NCBI RefSeq assembly: GCF_018350175.1
Contig: NC_058373.1
Location: forward strand, 102,054,001-102,118,000
Length of the DNA stretch: 64,000 nucleotides
Direction: 5' to 3'
Source: Felis catus
Lineage: Eukaryota
How positions within the stretch are numbered: position 1 is the first letter of the stretch; each line of letters opens with the position of its first letter. The notes beneath the pieces are model-generated. The model searched no databases. It worked only from the letters and a program-made list of their open reading frames with translations, and was not told the DNA's origin. Below, one piece after another: positions 42,158 through 55,279 of the stretch. A program made the translations under genes and the position numbers.

Positions 42158-42513
42158 TGTTAAAAGATAAACTGAAGCATATTAAATTTTTAAGAGTTTT
42201 TGAGCAAAAATTGATTCCAGTCAGGCAGCACTAAAGCAGAAGTGGTTAGAAATGCTCCACCAAAAGGAGTCAGGGAAAAGACTTATAGAGAAGTTATGGA
42301 AACAATGCAAGGAAATTATTTGATTGACTATAGCTTAAGCAGTTGCCTTATTTGGGAAAGCCTCGTTGGCTGTTTGTGATTGGTTGCTATCCTTAGGTTT
42401 TGATTTCTTTACCATGAGTAGTTTTCAGTCTTAGGATTTGGTTTGCTTAGTCAGGCCACGAAGGCATTAAAGCTACCTCAGTCTAATGGACTCCTTGTTT
42501 AATTAATTTAACA
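42158..42513 (-). mobile_element. ERV1-class solo LTR
   Basis: Inverted termini TGTTAAA...TTTAACA, 356 bp, internal 'gattggttg' (CCAAT on minus strand). Confidence 0.7.
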
Positions 42514-43356
42514 GTCTAAAGCCCTGACAATTTCTTCATACTCCATCGGTGCAGTATAAATGGCTTTTCTAAATCTAAGGAGTGTGATCATTAATATTAA
42601 AGCTGTGTGTGTTTGTTTATACCCATCAGGTGAGTTAAACTGCAGTCCTGTTCAGGTATCAGACTTACATTTTTGTGAGGAAACCTAGAGACAAAAATAT
42701 TAGAATTTTAGACTGGTAGGGAGGTATTTTTAAGCAGGAAAGCCTCAGCACCCCTCAGTTTCCAATGAATAAGAAGCCCCCACTCCCAACCTTCAGCCTC
42801 TAAACAAAGCTGTCTTCGGCTTCCATGTACTGAAAGGTGAGGGGGGAAATGAGAGAGTCTTTAGTGGCATTGGAAAAAGGAGTCTATCCCAGCAACAACC
42901 ACAAATCCTGGGCCTTGGGAAATAGCATTAAGTAGGTCTGTATGTATATCTGCAAAGTTGGGAAGAATCTAAATGGAGAGTTGTATAAACTTTCCTCTCC
43001 AAGGCTAAGTCAATTTCCTCCTCTTAACTCCCTGGGTTTACTTGACCTGTTTCTTTCCTCTTCTCTTGGCTTATTCCCCGCTTGCCAAAATCTGCCCTTC
43101 TCACTTTTGTTGTATGCCTAATATTAATTATTATTTAAAGAAATGAAATATATTTCCAAACTGTGTTCGGGTGTATATCTATATCAATATCAATATAAAT
43201 ATTGATATCTTCTTATTGAAATCTACAAAGAATTATATAGGAGTAGGTGGTTGTAAAATTTGAGGATGAGTTTGGGAGATGTAGCTTAATTAGAAGAACA
43301 ATGAGACTCTCCAGAATGTTAACATAATAGGAGCCTGTGTTTAAACAGTATATCCT

Positions 43357-43560
43357 GGGGTGCCTCGGGGCTCAGTCAGTTAAGTGACCAACTCTTGATT
43401 TCAGCTCAGGTCATGATCTCATGGTTCGTGGGATTGAGCCCTGCATCAGGCTCTGCACTGACAGTGTGGAACCTGCTTGGGATTCTCTCTCTCTCCCTCT
43501 CTGTCTGCCCCTCCTGCACTCATGCATGCTCTCTCTTTTTCAAAATAAATAAAAATAAAG

Positions 43561-43612
<52 letters not shown>
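43357..43612 (+). mobile_element. Can-SINE followed by a (TA)n microsatellite (43562-43612)
   Basis: SINE body and about 25 TA units. Confidence 0.9.
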
Positions 43613-43615
<3 letters not shown>

Positions 43616-45810
43616 TACATATATGATTCAAACCATGAAGAGAACAGGCCCTTTTGGGCCAAGCCAAGAATGGTATCCAACTAAATAAGGATCAAACAGA
43701 AATCAAGAAATGACCAGAAGGCAGAGAAACTCCCCCACACTCCATGTCCCCTCACCACACTCCCTCAATCCAAAAGAGAAAGCCACAACTGAGCACTAGG
43801 CTGATATAGTCTTTACATGGAAATCTGTGAGCAGTGGCAGAGATTGAAAGGACGGGGAATCCTTTGTGAAGAGCCTCTGAAAGCCATCCGTTCTGATTTT
43901 GGCAATCATGTAGAGAAAGAACACAGGTTGGCATTTAGACAGGCCTGTGGAATTCCAATTTAGCCCCTTACTAGAAGCTCTGTACCTTGGGCAGGTCTGT
44001 GTACTTCATTTTCATCTTCTGGAAAATGGGACTAACAGTATCCTCCTTGCAAAGCTAATGAAATGATTTTTAAAAATATAATGTATATGATATGAAAGTA
44101 GATTAGTTGAGAAAGGGCACAGTGATATTTTACTGAGCTTTCCGTTTATGTTCTGGGCACTTTTCTATATGTAAACATATTTGACTTTTGTTAAATTTGA
44201 AAGAAATGACATACATAAGGTCCTAGTACTGTGCCTAAGAGATTCTAGGGACTCAATGAGTGATAGTTGTTATTTGTTGTCCATTTTAGATGTGAAAACC
44301 TGCTGAATTATATGCGATTGAGAAATCAATAAGAATGAAGCCCGATTTTAAAGGTTCTGATTAGTTTGTGCAGAAGCATAACATGTCATTAACAACCCAC
44401 ATGGGAATTTGAGAAAAACTGTTATTAGCATTAGAGAAGGAAGTAGCTGGAAGGTGTGGAAAACTACATTTCATATCATTGAAGAGGATCAATTTTATTG
44501 TTATATAGCACTTCACCTAGTTCCTATGTCCTATTAGAGATGCCCTAAAATCTTCCCCCCTCGTCTGATCCATCCACCATTTAGGCCCGCTTATGTCCAT
44601 TTTAAATGAAAAATCGGTTTCCACTAGTTAAACACGCCAATTCTGCTATCAAAAAACTGGGATGAGCTTTGATATAATCAAGGTGGTTGATCTAATCAGG
44701 CCTTGATTCAGTAGCCTTATTTATTATAACACTGACAGGAGAAGACATTTAAAATGAAATACTCATTTTCATAATTTTCTTTCACTATCACAATTTTCCA
44801 AACAGTTTGGATACAGGATTTTATTGATTTGAGTCTGCATTTATTTAGATGTCAGCAATAGGAGGACTCCATAAACCGGAGTAGGAAATAATAACCCAAA
44901 TATATACTACCCCTTGACTCCTAACTGCCCTCTTGCCCCTACCCCACAATCCACGTTTCCCAGACTGACACCTTTTAGTGTGTCAGAATTAAACTAAAAC
45001 ATTAACTATTGACCAAAAAAAACAAAAAACAAAAAAACAAAAAAACAAACAAACAAAAAAACACAACAGTTATAGAGGAGCAAAAACATATCTTTAAACA
45101 AGATCTGGAAGTTCACTTATTTGGCTTAGCCCAGACCCCAGGGAAAATTAGGATCTGATTGATGTTATCAGCTGAAAAGAACAGATCAACATGAGTTGCC
45201 AAGTTTAAATAAATGAACAGAGGTGATTAATAGGGAAAGGGGGCAGAGAAATTTAGCAGGAAGCAGCACTTCAGAGGTAAGGATGGTTATTCCCATTTTA
45301 CCGAGGCAGAAACTGGTTTTTACTTACAGAATGTTACTAATTTGCTCAGCTGGTGAGTAGCATGAAGCCCCAACTGGATCAACTCACCATTTAACCCCCG
45401 TGTGGCAAAAAGGAAGGCCAAGGTATCAGCAGTTTTGGATGTAGTTCCTGCCTTAGGAGAAAAAGGATGGAGGGCCTCCCTCCTGACTCTGATGGCTCTT
45501 GGAAGACCCAGGGTTGACAACCAAGGCCCTAGAGGATCACTGGGACACTTTCTTTCACACACCATTTGTCTTCCACCTGTCGCCTAGCCCTAAGACCAAA
45601 TTCCAGTGGGATGCACAGCAATTTCCGTATTATTGATGTCCACCAGTACTTAGATATCACTATAGGGAAGTGATCTGTCTGTGGCAGTTTTCTCATCCCA
45701 CCTTCCCTTCACAACCCTGTCTGACTTTATCAAAAGAATGTAATCCACCTCAGGTATCTGCATATCTTTCTATGATACCCTGCAAAGAAGCAATTAAGAA
45801 TGTTGGCATC

Positions 45811-45984
45811 AAAGCATAAGAGACTCTTCAAAACTGAGAACAAACTGAGGGTTGATGGGGGTGGGAGGGAGGGGAGGGTGGGTGATGGGTATTGAGGAGG
45901 GCACCTTTTGGGATGAGCACTGGGTGTTGTATGGAAACCAATTTGACAATTTCATATATTGAAAAAAAAAAACATAAAAAAAAA
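45811..45984 (+). mobile_element. Young 5'-truncated felid L1 (3' UTR end) with 15-bp TSD aagaatgttggcatc
   Basis: TSD at 45796-45810 and 45985-45999, TT/AAGA endonuclease-type site, G-rich 3' UTR, A tail. Confidence 0.92.
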
Positions 45985-47582
45985 AAGAATGTTGGCATCT
46001 GTATGGTGAGTGTGAGTAACTCTAATGACATGCAAGTTAAACGGTTCTCAATTATTTATCTTCCCCTAGTGTGTATTAGGAAAATATCAGAAAAATTTTT
46101 CACTGGCAAACATATATCCAATTCCCACAAACAGAATCTAAAGCCATGCCCAACATCCTTTGGGCCCACAGAGAAGATTCTTATTATTTTAATATTTTCC
46201 TCTGACCACAAGGAAATGATCATTTGGCAGCTATGGATAGAAGAGTCCAGGCCAAAGTCTGACAGACCTAGATTCCAAATCTTAACTCTTCTCTATACTG
46301 TGTGACCTTGAGAAAATACTTAACCTCTCTAGGCTGCATTTTCCTCATTTGCAAAAAGGGAAAAGCTGTTATGAAAATAATGAACGGAAAAGACCTTGTT
46401 AATAATTGTTATAATGATTATAGCAAATAATTCTTTTTTCTTTTTCTTCCTTAAAATCTTCCATTAGCTTTAAACAAAATAAGAGCAAGCCTTTCATCTA
46501 AGAACAAAAAGCCTAACTGGTGTTTGTGTTGCTGCACCTGTCTGTTCACTTACACAGTGTCACCATTTTCCAAGAATCAATACAATTATTTGCCCCTGGA
46601 CATAGTTTCCCAGCAACACACATCTTGAACCAATTCAGGTGAATTTCCTTTGTCATTTGTGATCACCTGGCTCCTGCATCAAGTGGCTCTTTGCAACCTT
46701 CCATGAATATTAGGATTATGCCTACTCAAGGGAAATGAGTTAATGTTGTGTTTATACACTGTCTTTCTTGGGATTTTATGATACTGAGCAGTCATAGCCG
46801 AGGCCACCATAGTCTCTTTGAAGGGAGTTTGGCAGGTATTTTTGTGCCATACAAACAGAGCAGGACAGATTTATTCCCAGGGTTTTCTGACTGGAAGGAA
46901 AGGCAGGAGTTTCAACAACTATTGATGATCAAGAGACACCCAGGAAATAATCTGATTTTCCTGCACAAGAGGCTACCCTGACATTTTCTCTCTTTCCACT
47001 GGGAGCAGGCTGGCAAGTACCTTGAAGGCAAAACAACAGTCAAGATATTGCCAAACCATTTAGCAAATAGTATATAAAATGTCCAGGTTTTAAGTGTAAA
47101 TATCCTTCACTTTAATTTCCCTTTATTCCTTCCAAATCAAATTTTTTAAACTTTATGTTTTTTGAATTCCTGTAGGCAAGATGTTTACTTTGATATTCAC
47201 TAAAGTGGTTTTTTGTGATTGCTAAGCAAATTAATCATACTTTTAAATAATAATGTACAGTTTTTTTGATTTGAAAAATAATGATAATTATTTTTGATAG
47301 GGCTAAAATCCCCTATAATCTCAACACAATTGTCATCGATTTGCTGTATTTCTTTTTAATATTTTTAATTTCCTGCATACAAACGGTTATTTTTATTTCA
47401 CATTGTTATATTTCATTGGCAACCTGCTTTTTTCTTTCACCTCTATATTACATGAATTTTTCCATGTTACAACAAAATTTTTATAGAAGCTTTAAAAACA
47501 AGTAGCTTACAAAAAAAAAAAAAAAGAAAAAGTAGCTTACTCTGCAGTTAATTTGATAAATCTTTTATTAACAATAGAGTTC

Positions 47583-49743
47583 AGAGGCGCCTGGGTGGCT
47601 CAGTCAGTTAAGTGTCTGACTTCAGCTCAGGTTATGAGTTTGAGCCCCGCACTGTCCTCTCTGCTGTCAGCATGGAACCCACTTTAGATCCTGTTTCCCT
47701 CTCTTTGCCTCTCTCTCTGCCCCTCCCCTGCTCACACTTTCTCTCTCTCAAAAAGTAAACATTAGGGGAAAAAAAACAATAGAATTCACTGTTATTGACT
47801 ATCACTCAAGAACAATCATTCTCAGATGACCTTTGCCAGGGTCCTAAATTTGTACCAGGCATAGATAAACAAACTACTCTTTACTTTCAAGGTACTTTTC
47901 CTTATTCTATACTTAGAAAAATCTGAAGTACAGGAATATTACAAGTGCTGTGTCCTTGCATAAGTTATTTATCCTCTAAACTCAGCCCTTTTGTCTGTAA
48001 AATGGGGATGATAATAGAACCCAGTTCAAGAACATGTGAAATCAATTCCTTTCATATGCTAAGCGATCATAAATGCTACTGATAAATGAAGTGTGTATTT
48101 ATTTGTTAAAAGATTCATTTCCAGTCAAAGTAAATGGAAAAGGAACTGTTGGGCTTTTTTTGTTTTTTAAGTTTATTTATTTTGAGAGAGAGAGCAACAG
48201 AGAGCAAGCTGGGGAGGGGAAGAGAGAGAGGGAGACAGAGGATCCAAAGCAAGCTCTGTGCTGAGAGCAGACAGCCCAATGCAGGGCTGGAATTCAGGAA
48301 CCTTGAGATCATGACCTGAGCCAAAGTCAGACGCTTAACCAACTGAGCCACCCAGGCGCCCCAGGAACTGTTGGGCTTTTATTAACAGATATTAAATTAG
48401 GTTATGACCTTGCCCAAAGTGTAGGGGACAGCCTAGAGAAATATGTCACACAGTAAATGGAAAATGTTAACTCCTGATCCAGCAGTGCCGCGCTTGTCTT
48501 TGTCAGGCACTGCCAGGCTCCCTCTTTGGTCTGGTCTCAGACCACGACACAGCCACACAGCGGCTCTCTGCACTGGTCAGCTCAGTGCCTCCAGGCAAGC
48601 TAGGCCAAGCTCCTTTCAGTTGTCAAAGCAAATCTCAGAAACTCCACCAGACAACACAAGATTGCTCTCCTGCAAAGGGCAGGACATGTTATTTTTCTTT
48701 AGCCTTCAAATGTCTAGATGGTATTCTAAGCAAAATTTTATAATGGAGTCCACATTTGAAATTTACTATAAGATATTTTTCAAAGATTCTAAAATGCCTT
48801 GTATGGGGAAGAGGAAGAAAAACTACGATATTTTCAAATGAAAGAAATGATTTTGAAATAATTTTAAAGACAATTTGCAAAACGAGCACAAAAAATTCCC
48901 ATAAACCCTTCTATGAAATCTCTAAAAAACATTTTTAAGTTTATTTATTTATTTTGAGAGAGAGAGGATGTGCGTGCGAGCAGCGTAGGGGCAGAAAGGG
49001 AGGGAGAAAGAATCCCAAGCAGGCTGTCAGTCCGGAGCCCAACGTGGGGCTCAAACCCATGAACCGTGAGATTATGACCTGAGCTGAAATCAAGAGTTGG
49101 AGGTTTAACTGACTGAAGTCAACCAGGCCCCCTGAGATTCCTAAATGTTAACATTTACCGTGCTTGCTTCATCATATCTCTCTCACTGTTTCAAGTCACT
49201 GAAAACTGTATGAGCTCAATGTATTTTCTTTCTCTTTTTTTTTTTTTAAGCAAGCTTTCTGCTCAATGTGGGTCACAAACTCATGACCTGGAGATCAAGA
49301 GTCACATGCTCTAGACTGAGCCAGCCAAGTGCCTCTCAATGTATTTTATTTATAATCATTTCCTTCACGTGAACTAGTACTTATTTCCTATAATTTATAA
49401 CTCAGCATATGCTTTTATATGTATACATATGTATACACACACAGACGCACGCATTTATAGTTTATCAAAGCGATGAACACATATGGCCAAAAAATTAAAT
49501 AGAAAAGATGACTTTATAATGGAAAGCCATAGGTCTTTTTTTTATTTTTTATTTTTTTAAGTTTATTTTTTTTGAGAGAGAGACAGAGACAGAGTGAGTG
49601 GGGGAGGGATGGACAGAGAGGGAGAGAGAGAGAATCCCAAGCAGGCTCTGTCAGCATGGGGCTTGAACCCACAAACCATGAGATCATGACCTGAGCCAAA
49701 ACCAAGAGTCAGATGCTCAACCAACTGAGTTACCCAGGCGCCC
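47583..49743. mobile_element. Cluster of Can-SINEs (47583-47775 +; 48155-48362 -; 48930-49132 -; 49235-49335 - short; 49535-49743 -)
   Basis: SINE bodies. Confidence 0.85.
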
Positions 49744-51164
49744 CATGCAAAGCTATAGTTCTACCCTCAGCTCTGCTCCTCAGAGGCAATATATTAACCA
49801 GTCCCTTTTGCCTTGGGTTCTCCCGAAACCTACACATCTCTAAATAATACACTTCTGCTGCTATTTCTTACTGATCAACTCTGGACATTTTGTTTTAACT
49901 TCCTACCATGAAAAACAATTTAGCCCATTTACTCCCTCTCTCCCATAGAGATATAACTATTCTTGTTTTTCTGCTGGTCACCTCTGTATCCTCAACAAAC
50001 ATGCTAAGTCTCCACTTGTGTTCCAGCCACCATGGAAAGACAACTGGTCTGCCACTTTGTAGGTAAAGGATATTAATATTCTAATTCCTTACCCTCATCC
50101 CTTCATCTAAAGGCTGCCCCCTTTTTTTACATTGTCAATTTGTAACATTTTCATCTTGTTTTAAAACCACCACTCAAATGTCCATAATTTGTCTAAGTTC
50201 ATCTTACAAGATGGAAAACTAATAAGAATTTACATTTCCATGATGATGTAAACATGAATCACTGCAGATCAAGTAGCATGTTAGGAGTTCTTTTCCACAG
50301 GGCCAGGCTCATGACCACCTGTCACTTAGTGGAGAATATTCCCCAGGTCAAACTGAGATAGGGATTCTAACCTTTCACCTCCACTAAATCCCTTAATCGA
50401 ATCTTCATGTTTTTCCAACTTCTCACTACTACCCGGTCAGTCATTGTCTGGGCATCTGATTTTGTCTCTTTGGCTTACTCCTCCTTTCTCAGGCTTGTGA
50501 GCACGCAGGAACCCCCTAAATGCCAGAATGTGCTGGCTCTGGTTCTCCATAAAAATTTGCTTACTTTCTTTAGAGCAGCCTTTTGTTTCAATTGGTTGCC
50601 AAGAATGAAACAAATTTCAGTAGAATTCGCATAAACTCTAGATTTCTCTCTTCTATTGAAAAATTACCAGATTGGGTAACTGGACTCTGATTCTGCAGTA
50701 ATGTGCAGCAGCCCAGCTTTCTTCCATTTATTTCCTTTACTCGTCTGACCCCTGTGGTAATGGGTGTTGAACCCTTGAAATACAGACTTGCACTTAATCT
50801 CCTTGGCTCCAGCCACACGTCTCCTTCCTGCCTCTCTCAGGTTCCATGGGGCAGGCTGTGCCTCTCCTGAACAGTATTCTGTTCTCCTTATGCGTTCTCC
50901 TTATGTATTCTCCCTCCCTCAACATGTGGTCCACGAACCAGAACAGTCTCAGTGGCATCACCTGGGAGCTTGTTAGAGATGCGGAACTTTGTCACCTGCA
51001 GTTTAACAAGATCTCTTAGTGACTCCTAGGCAGATTGAGAAAAAAACGGGTCTAGACTATAATTTCTTGCACTTGCTTCATTGGGCATCCCCCCCTTTTC
51101 TGTCTTCCTAAATATATTCAATTATGCATGGATGTTCCCCACCCTTTTCACTTCATCATTGATT

Positions 51165-51573
51165 CTTTTTAAGTTTATTATTTATTTTGAGAGAGAGAGT
51201 ACGAGAGAATCTCAAGCAGGCTCTGCACTGTTAGGGCAGAGCCAGACTTGGGCCTCAAACTCACGAACTGTGAGATCATGACCCAAGCCAAAATCGAGTC
51301 ATATACTTAAACCAACTGAGCCATTCAGGCACCCATTGATTTTGTAGATTTATTTACTGTTTTAAAAAATATGTTTTAATGCTTATTTATCTTTGAGAGA
51401 GAAAGAGAGAGTGGGGGAGGGGCAGAGAGCGAGGGAGACACAGAATCTGAAGCAGGCTCCAGGCTCCAAGCTGTCAGCACAGAGCCTGATGCAGGGCTCG
51501 AACTCAGGAACTGTAAAATTCATGACCTGAGCCAAAGTCGGATGCTTAACTGACTGAGCCACCCAGGCGCCCC
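51165..51573 (-). mobile_element. Two adjacent Can-SINEs
   Basis: SINE bodies. Confidence 0.85.
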
Positions 51574-52277
51574 AATTTATTTGCTTTTTATTTTCATTTC
51601 TTTTCCATATTTCATAGGATCTCTAGAGACAAAGGAAAAAAGTTGTGTGGTTGGTAATTCAGCATTTTGACAGCCTTCAGACATAGGTCTTAAAACACTA
51701 GAGTAATAGAAAATTTTGCCATGTGCTGTTTTTGTTTTGTTTGCTTGCTTGTGGTTTTCAGCCATCCTCTCAACGAGAGCACAGATGTGAGAGGGGATGA
51801 CAGATGTTTATGATCTTAGTGGAACAATTTCTCACGCAGGAGTCTCCTGATGCCCTCTGGTTGATTACTTTACACCTGGAAAACTGAGAGACTCTGCTGC
51901 CTGTAAGACTGGTGGCCACCATTCTGCCAGAAATTACAATAAAAACAAAAGGAATGGAACAGCTTAGCAGAGACATGCAAAACCATGTTTCTTTGTTGTT
52001 CTGGGTGTATTTTTATTTTTAGCATCACTACTGCGACTGTACATTTGTCCCAGCCCGTCATCCAAGTATTTGTGGAAATTAACTGCAATGTTATGAATGT
52101 TTCACAGATGGATGAACCAAAGCTGATGAGAAAACAAACTGGTTCTGATCTTTTCACCATTTTGGGGATCTGAGTTTTATCTGGCTGAAAATAGATGTTT
52201 TCAATCAGAAACTGTACCACGTAGATTTTTTTTTCCTGCCAGAAACTGAATACCCTACTAAAGTAGCTTGAAGTAGT

Positions 52278-52415
52278 GTCTTTCAAAATTGGCTGCACAT
52301 TGGAATTACCTGGGAAACCTGGCTTCCACCAGGCAAGGTCTGATCTCATTGGTCTGGGATGTGACCTAGGCATTGAGGGTGAGTCTCATGTACAGCCAAG
52401 GTTGAGAACCACGGG
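52278..52415. mobile_element. MER5-type MITE
   Basis: 'ggctgcacattggaattacctggg...cagccaaggttgagaaccac'. Confidence 0.7.
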
Positions 52416-53219
52416 CTTACACAGTGCAGACACTTATTGTTTCACTTAACCACAAGTCTGGAGATGGCACTGTAGGCATGGCTCAGGGACTCACTGTGTC
52501 ATCAATGACTCAGGCTCTTCCCAACTTTCTCCTTAGTCATTCTTAGCATGTTGTTAGTGTCTCCACCCTGATACAGATGGCCGCTGTAGCTCCAAACATT
52601 AATGTGTTCAAACACAGCAGGAAAAAGGAGGACTTGTTCTTTGTCAACAAGGAAAGCTTTCTAGGAACACGCCCCTCTCCCCCACCTCAGATTTCTTCTT
52701 ATTTCATCGGCCAGAACACCCTCAGACCAACTACCCAATGACCAGTAAAGAAGAATGGCTTGTATCAGTTACCCTGTTGCCATTACAAAACAAAATGAGC
52801 GTTCCATTAAGCTAAGTAAAAAGAGGGGGATGACTGTTAGGTGGGCAATCAACAGTGTCTGTCTCTGCTATCCCAAACACATTAGCGACAATTCATCACT
52901 AACCTGTGGGATGCCATCAGGCTCAGTTGGACCTTGTATTAATTTTTATTTTCTTTTTAGTGCAGTTCTATTTGTAAGAAGTAATATTCCATGACTTTAA
53001 TTCTTTCTTAGGGGTCTTCCAAAGAACAAAGAGAAATTTAATTTAAAAAGAAACAGAATAAAACTCCTTCTGTTTTGGTGATTACCATATGGGTTCACTG
53101 ACACTTTTGTAAATTTAAGTTACATTAGGGGATCTTATTGATCTGATTTTTCTTTATGTTTTGCCATTTCATCATTTAGGGAATTCTTTTCTCATACTCT
53201 TCAATTTTTCTCAGCTAAA

Positions 53220-53746
53220 TTTTTTTAGAAGTTTATTTATTTTGAGAGAGAGAGAGAGCGCGCTCATGCATGAGCAGGAGAGGGGCAGAGAGAGAGGAAG
53301 ACAGAGAATCCCAAGCAGGCTCTGCATTGCCAGCACAGAGCCAGATGCAGGGCTCGAACCCACGAACCGTGAGATCACGACCTGAGCTGAATCAAGAATT
53401 GGACACTTAACCCACTGAGCCACCCAGGTGCCCCCTCACTATATTTTAAAAAGCAATTAAATTTTAAGAAACTGGAAAAATGATAGATTCACCTAAAAGG
53501 CTGATGCCATTGTAATGTTACCCTTCAGTTTTCTTTTTTTTTTAATGTTTATTTATTTGAGTGAGAGAATGTGTGTGCGTGCGCCACAAATGGGGGAGGA
53601 GCAGAGAGAGAGAGAGAGAGAGAATCCCAAACATGCACTGTCAGTACAGAGCCCGTCTGAGGGCTTGATCTCACAAACTGTGAGATCGTGACCTGAGCCA
53701 AGATCATGTGTTGGACAACTAAGCCACTGAGCCACCCAGGTGCCCC
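53220..53746 (-). mobile_element. Two Can-SINEs (53220-53435, 53530-53746)
   Basis: SINE bodies. Confidence 0.88.
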
Positions 53747-53761
53747 TATCCTTCAGTTTTC

Positions 53762-54290
53762 TTACTGCATTGCCCAAAGTATTGGATCAGTTTTCAAGAA
53801 GGAATAAAAGAAGACTGGAGGAACCATTTTATAGTTTGCTTTAACATTTCACAGAACAAGTTGAGATTTCAGAATTTTTCATTTTCCATCCATAGTAGCA
53901 AAGGAAAAGGAACTGACAAGGGGAAATGTTTCAAAATTATTAGATGAATCAGAAGATAAATGCAAAGACACAGATAGCAGCACTCTAGACTCTAATGATG
54001 GTGGAATTGATCAGATAAATGAAATCTCAGATGAGTTTTCAGATGATGATGTTTCAGATGAATTTTCCCAAACTCAAAAATCAATAAATGACCTATATAT
54101 TTCTAAGGACAAAGAAGGAAATATGGTATTTTCATCCAGTTAATCATTCATTCGACAAGAAGCATGTTATTATTATACAATATTTTGTGACAAGAACCTG
54201 GACTATCTCGTTTTGCTAAAAGGATGTATGATAGTATTCTTAATATCTCTCTTATTGTTTGTACACCAGTATTTGAGTGGTTTGTTGTGT
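53762..54290 (+). mobile_element. piggyBac transposon relic (Looper-like) carrying a degenerate transposase N-terminus
   Basis: 53892-54143 translates IVAKEKELTRGNVSKLLDESEDKCKDTDSSTLDSNDGGIDQINEISDEFSDDDVSDEFSQTQKSINDLYISKDK..., then frameshifted KEIWYFHPVNHS and NIL*QEPGLSRFAKRMYDSIL. Confidence 0.7.
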
Positions 54291-54628
54291 ATAAATTCTT
54301 TTTTTTTAATTAAAAAAAATTTTTTTTAACGTTCACTTATTTTTTGACAGCAGAGACAGAGTGTGAGTGGAGAAGCAGCAGAGAGGGAGTCATAGAATCT
54401 GAAGCAGACTCCAGGCTCTGAGCTGTCAGCACAGAGCCCAATGCAGGACTTGAACCCAAGAACTGCGAGATCATGACCTGAGCTGAAGTAGGACGCTTAA
54501 CGGACTGAGGCACCCAGGTGCCCCTGTTATGTATAAATTCTTGTTAACTTTTCTAATAAAGTTTTTTTTTCTTACTATCCTTGTATATTTCTACAAATTA
54601 ATCATAAAATGACTTTAAAATGGTAATA

Positions 54629-55095
54629 GGGGCACCTGGGTGGCTCAGCCGGTTGAGTGTCTGGCTTCGGCTCAGGTCATGATCTTGTGGTTTATGGGTT
54701 CGAGCCCCGCGTTGGGCTCTGTGCTGACAGCCTGGAGCCTGGAGTCTGCTTTGGATTCTGTCTCCCTCTCTCTCTGCCCTTCCCCCACTCACGCTCTGTC
54801 TCTCTCTCTCTCTTTCTCTCTCTCAAAAATAAACATTAGGGGCGCCTGGGTGGCTCGGTCGGTTAAGCGTCTGACTTTGGCTCAGGTCATGATCTCACGG
54901 TCTGTGAGTTCTGTGAGTTCGAGCCCCGCGTTGGGCTCTGTGCTGACAGCTGGGAGCCTGGAGCTTGTTTCAGATTCTGTGTCTCCCTCTCTCTCTGCCC
55001 TTCCCCTGTTCACGCTCTGTCTCTCCCTGTCTCAAAAATAAATAAACGTTAAAAAAAATTTTTTTTAAATAAACATTAAAAAAATAAATAAAAAT
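54629..55095 (+). mobile_element. Can-SINE nested in the tail of another Can-SINE
   Basis: Outer TSD aaaatggtaata and inner TSD aaataaacatta. Confidence 0.92.
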
Positions 55096-55279
55096 AAAAT
55101 GGTAATAAAATATTGTTCTTGGTATATTGACAAAGATTACTCAGATTACCCAGTTGTGGGCTCAGAATCCTTTATCAGTGTCAATGAGGAAAACATACTG
55201 TTTAGGAGAGGCACTGTGCCAGGCTCTGAAGATACACAGAACAGGCCTGGTTTTGAAGGGCTTACAACCCTATTGGGAG

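Noticed and set aside
45892..46305. 137-aa ORF
   Set aside because: Begins in the L1 3' UTR and A tail and ends in a MIR; a chance ORF.
51870..52373. 167-aa minus-strand ORF
   Set aside because: Starts within a MER5-type repeat, with no recognisable homology or splice support.
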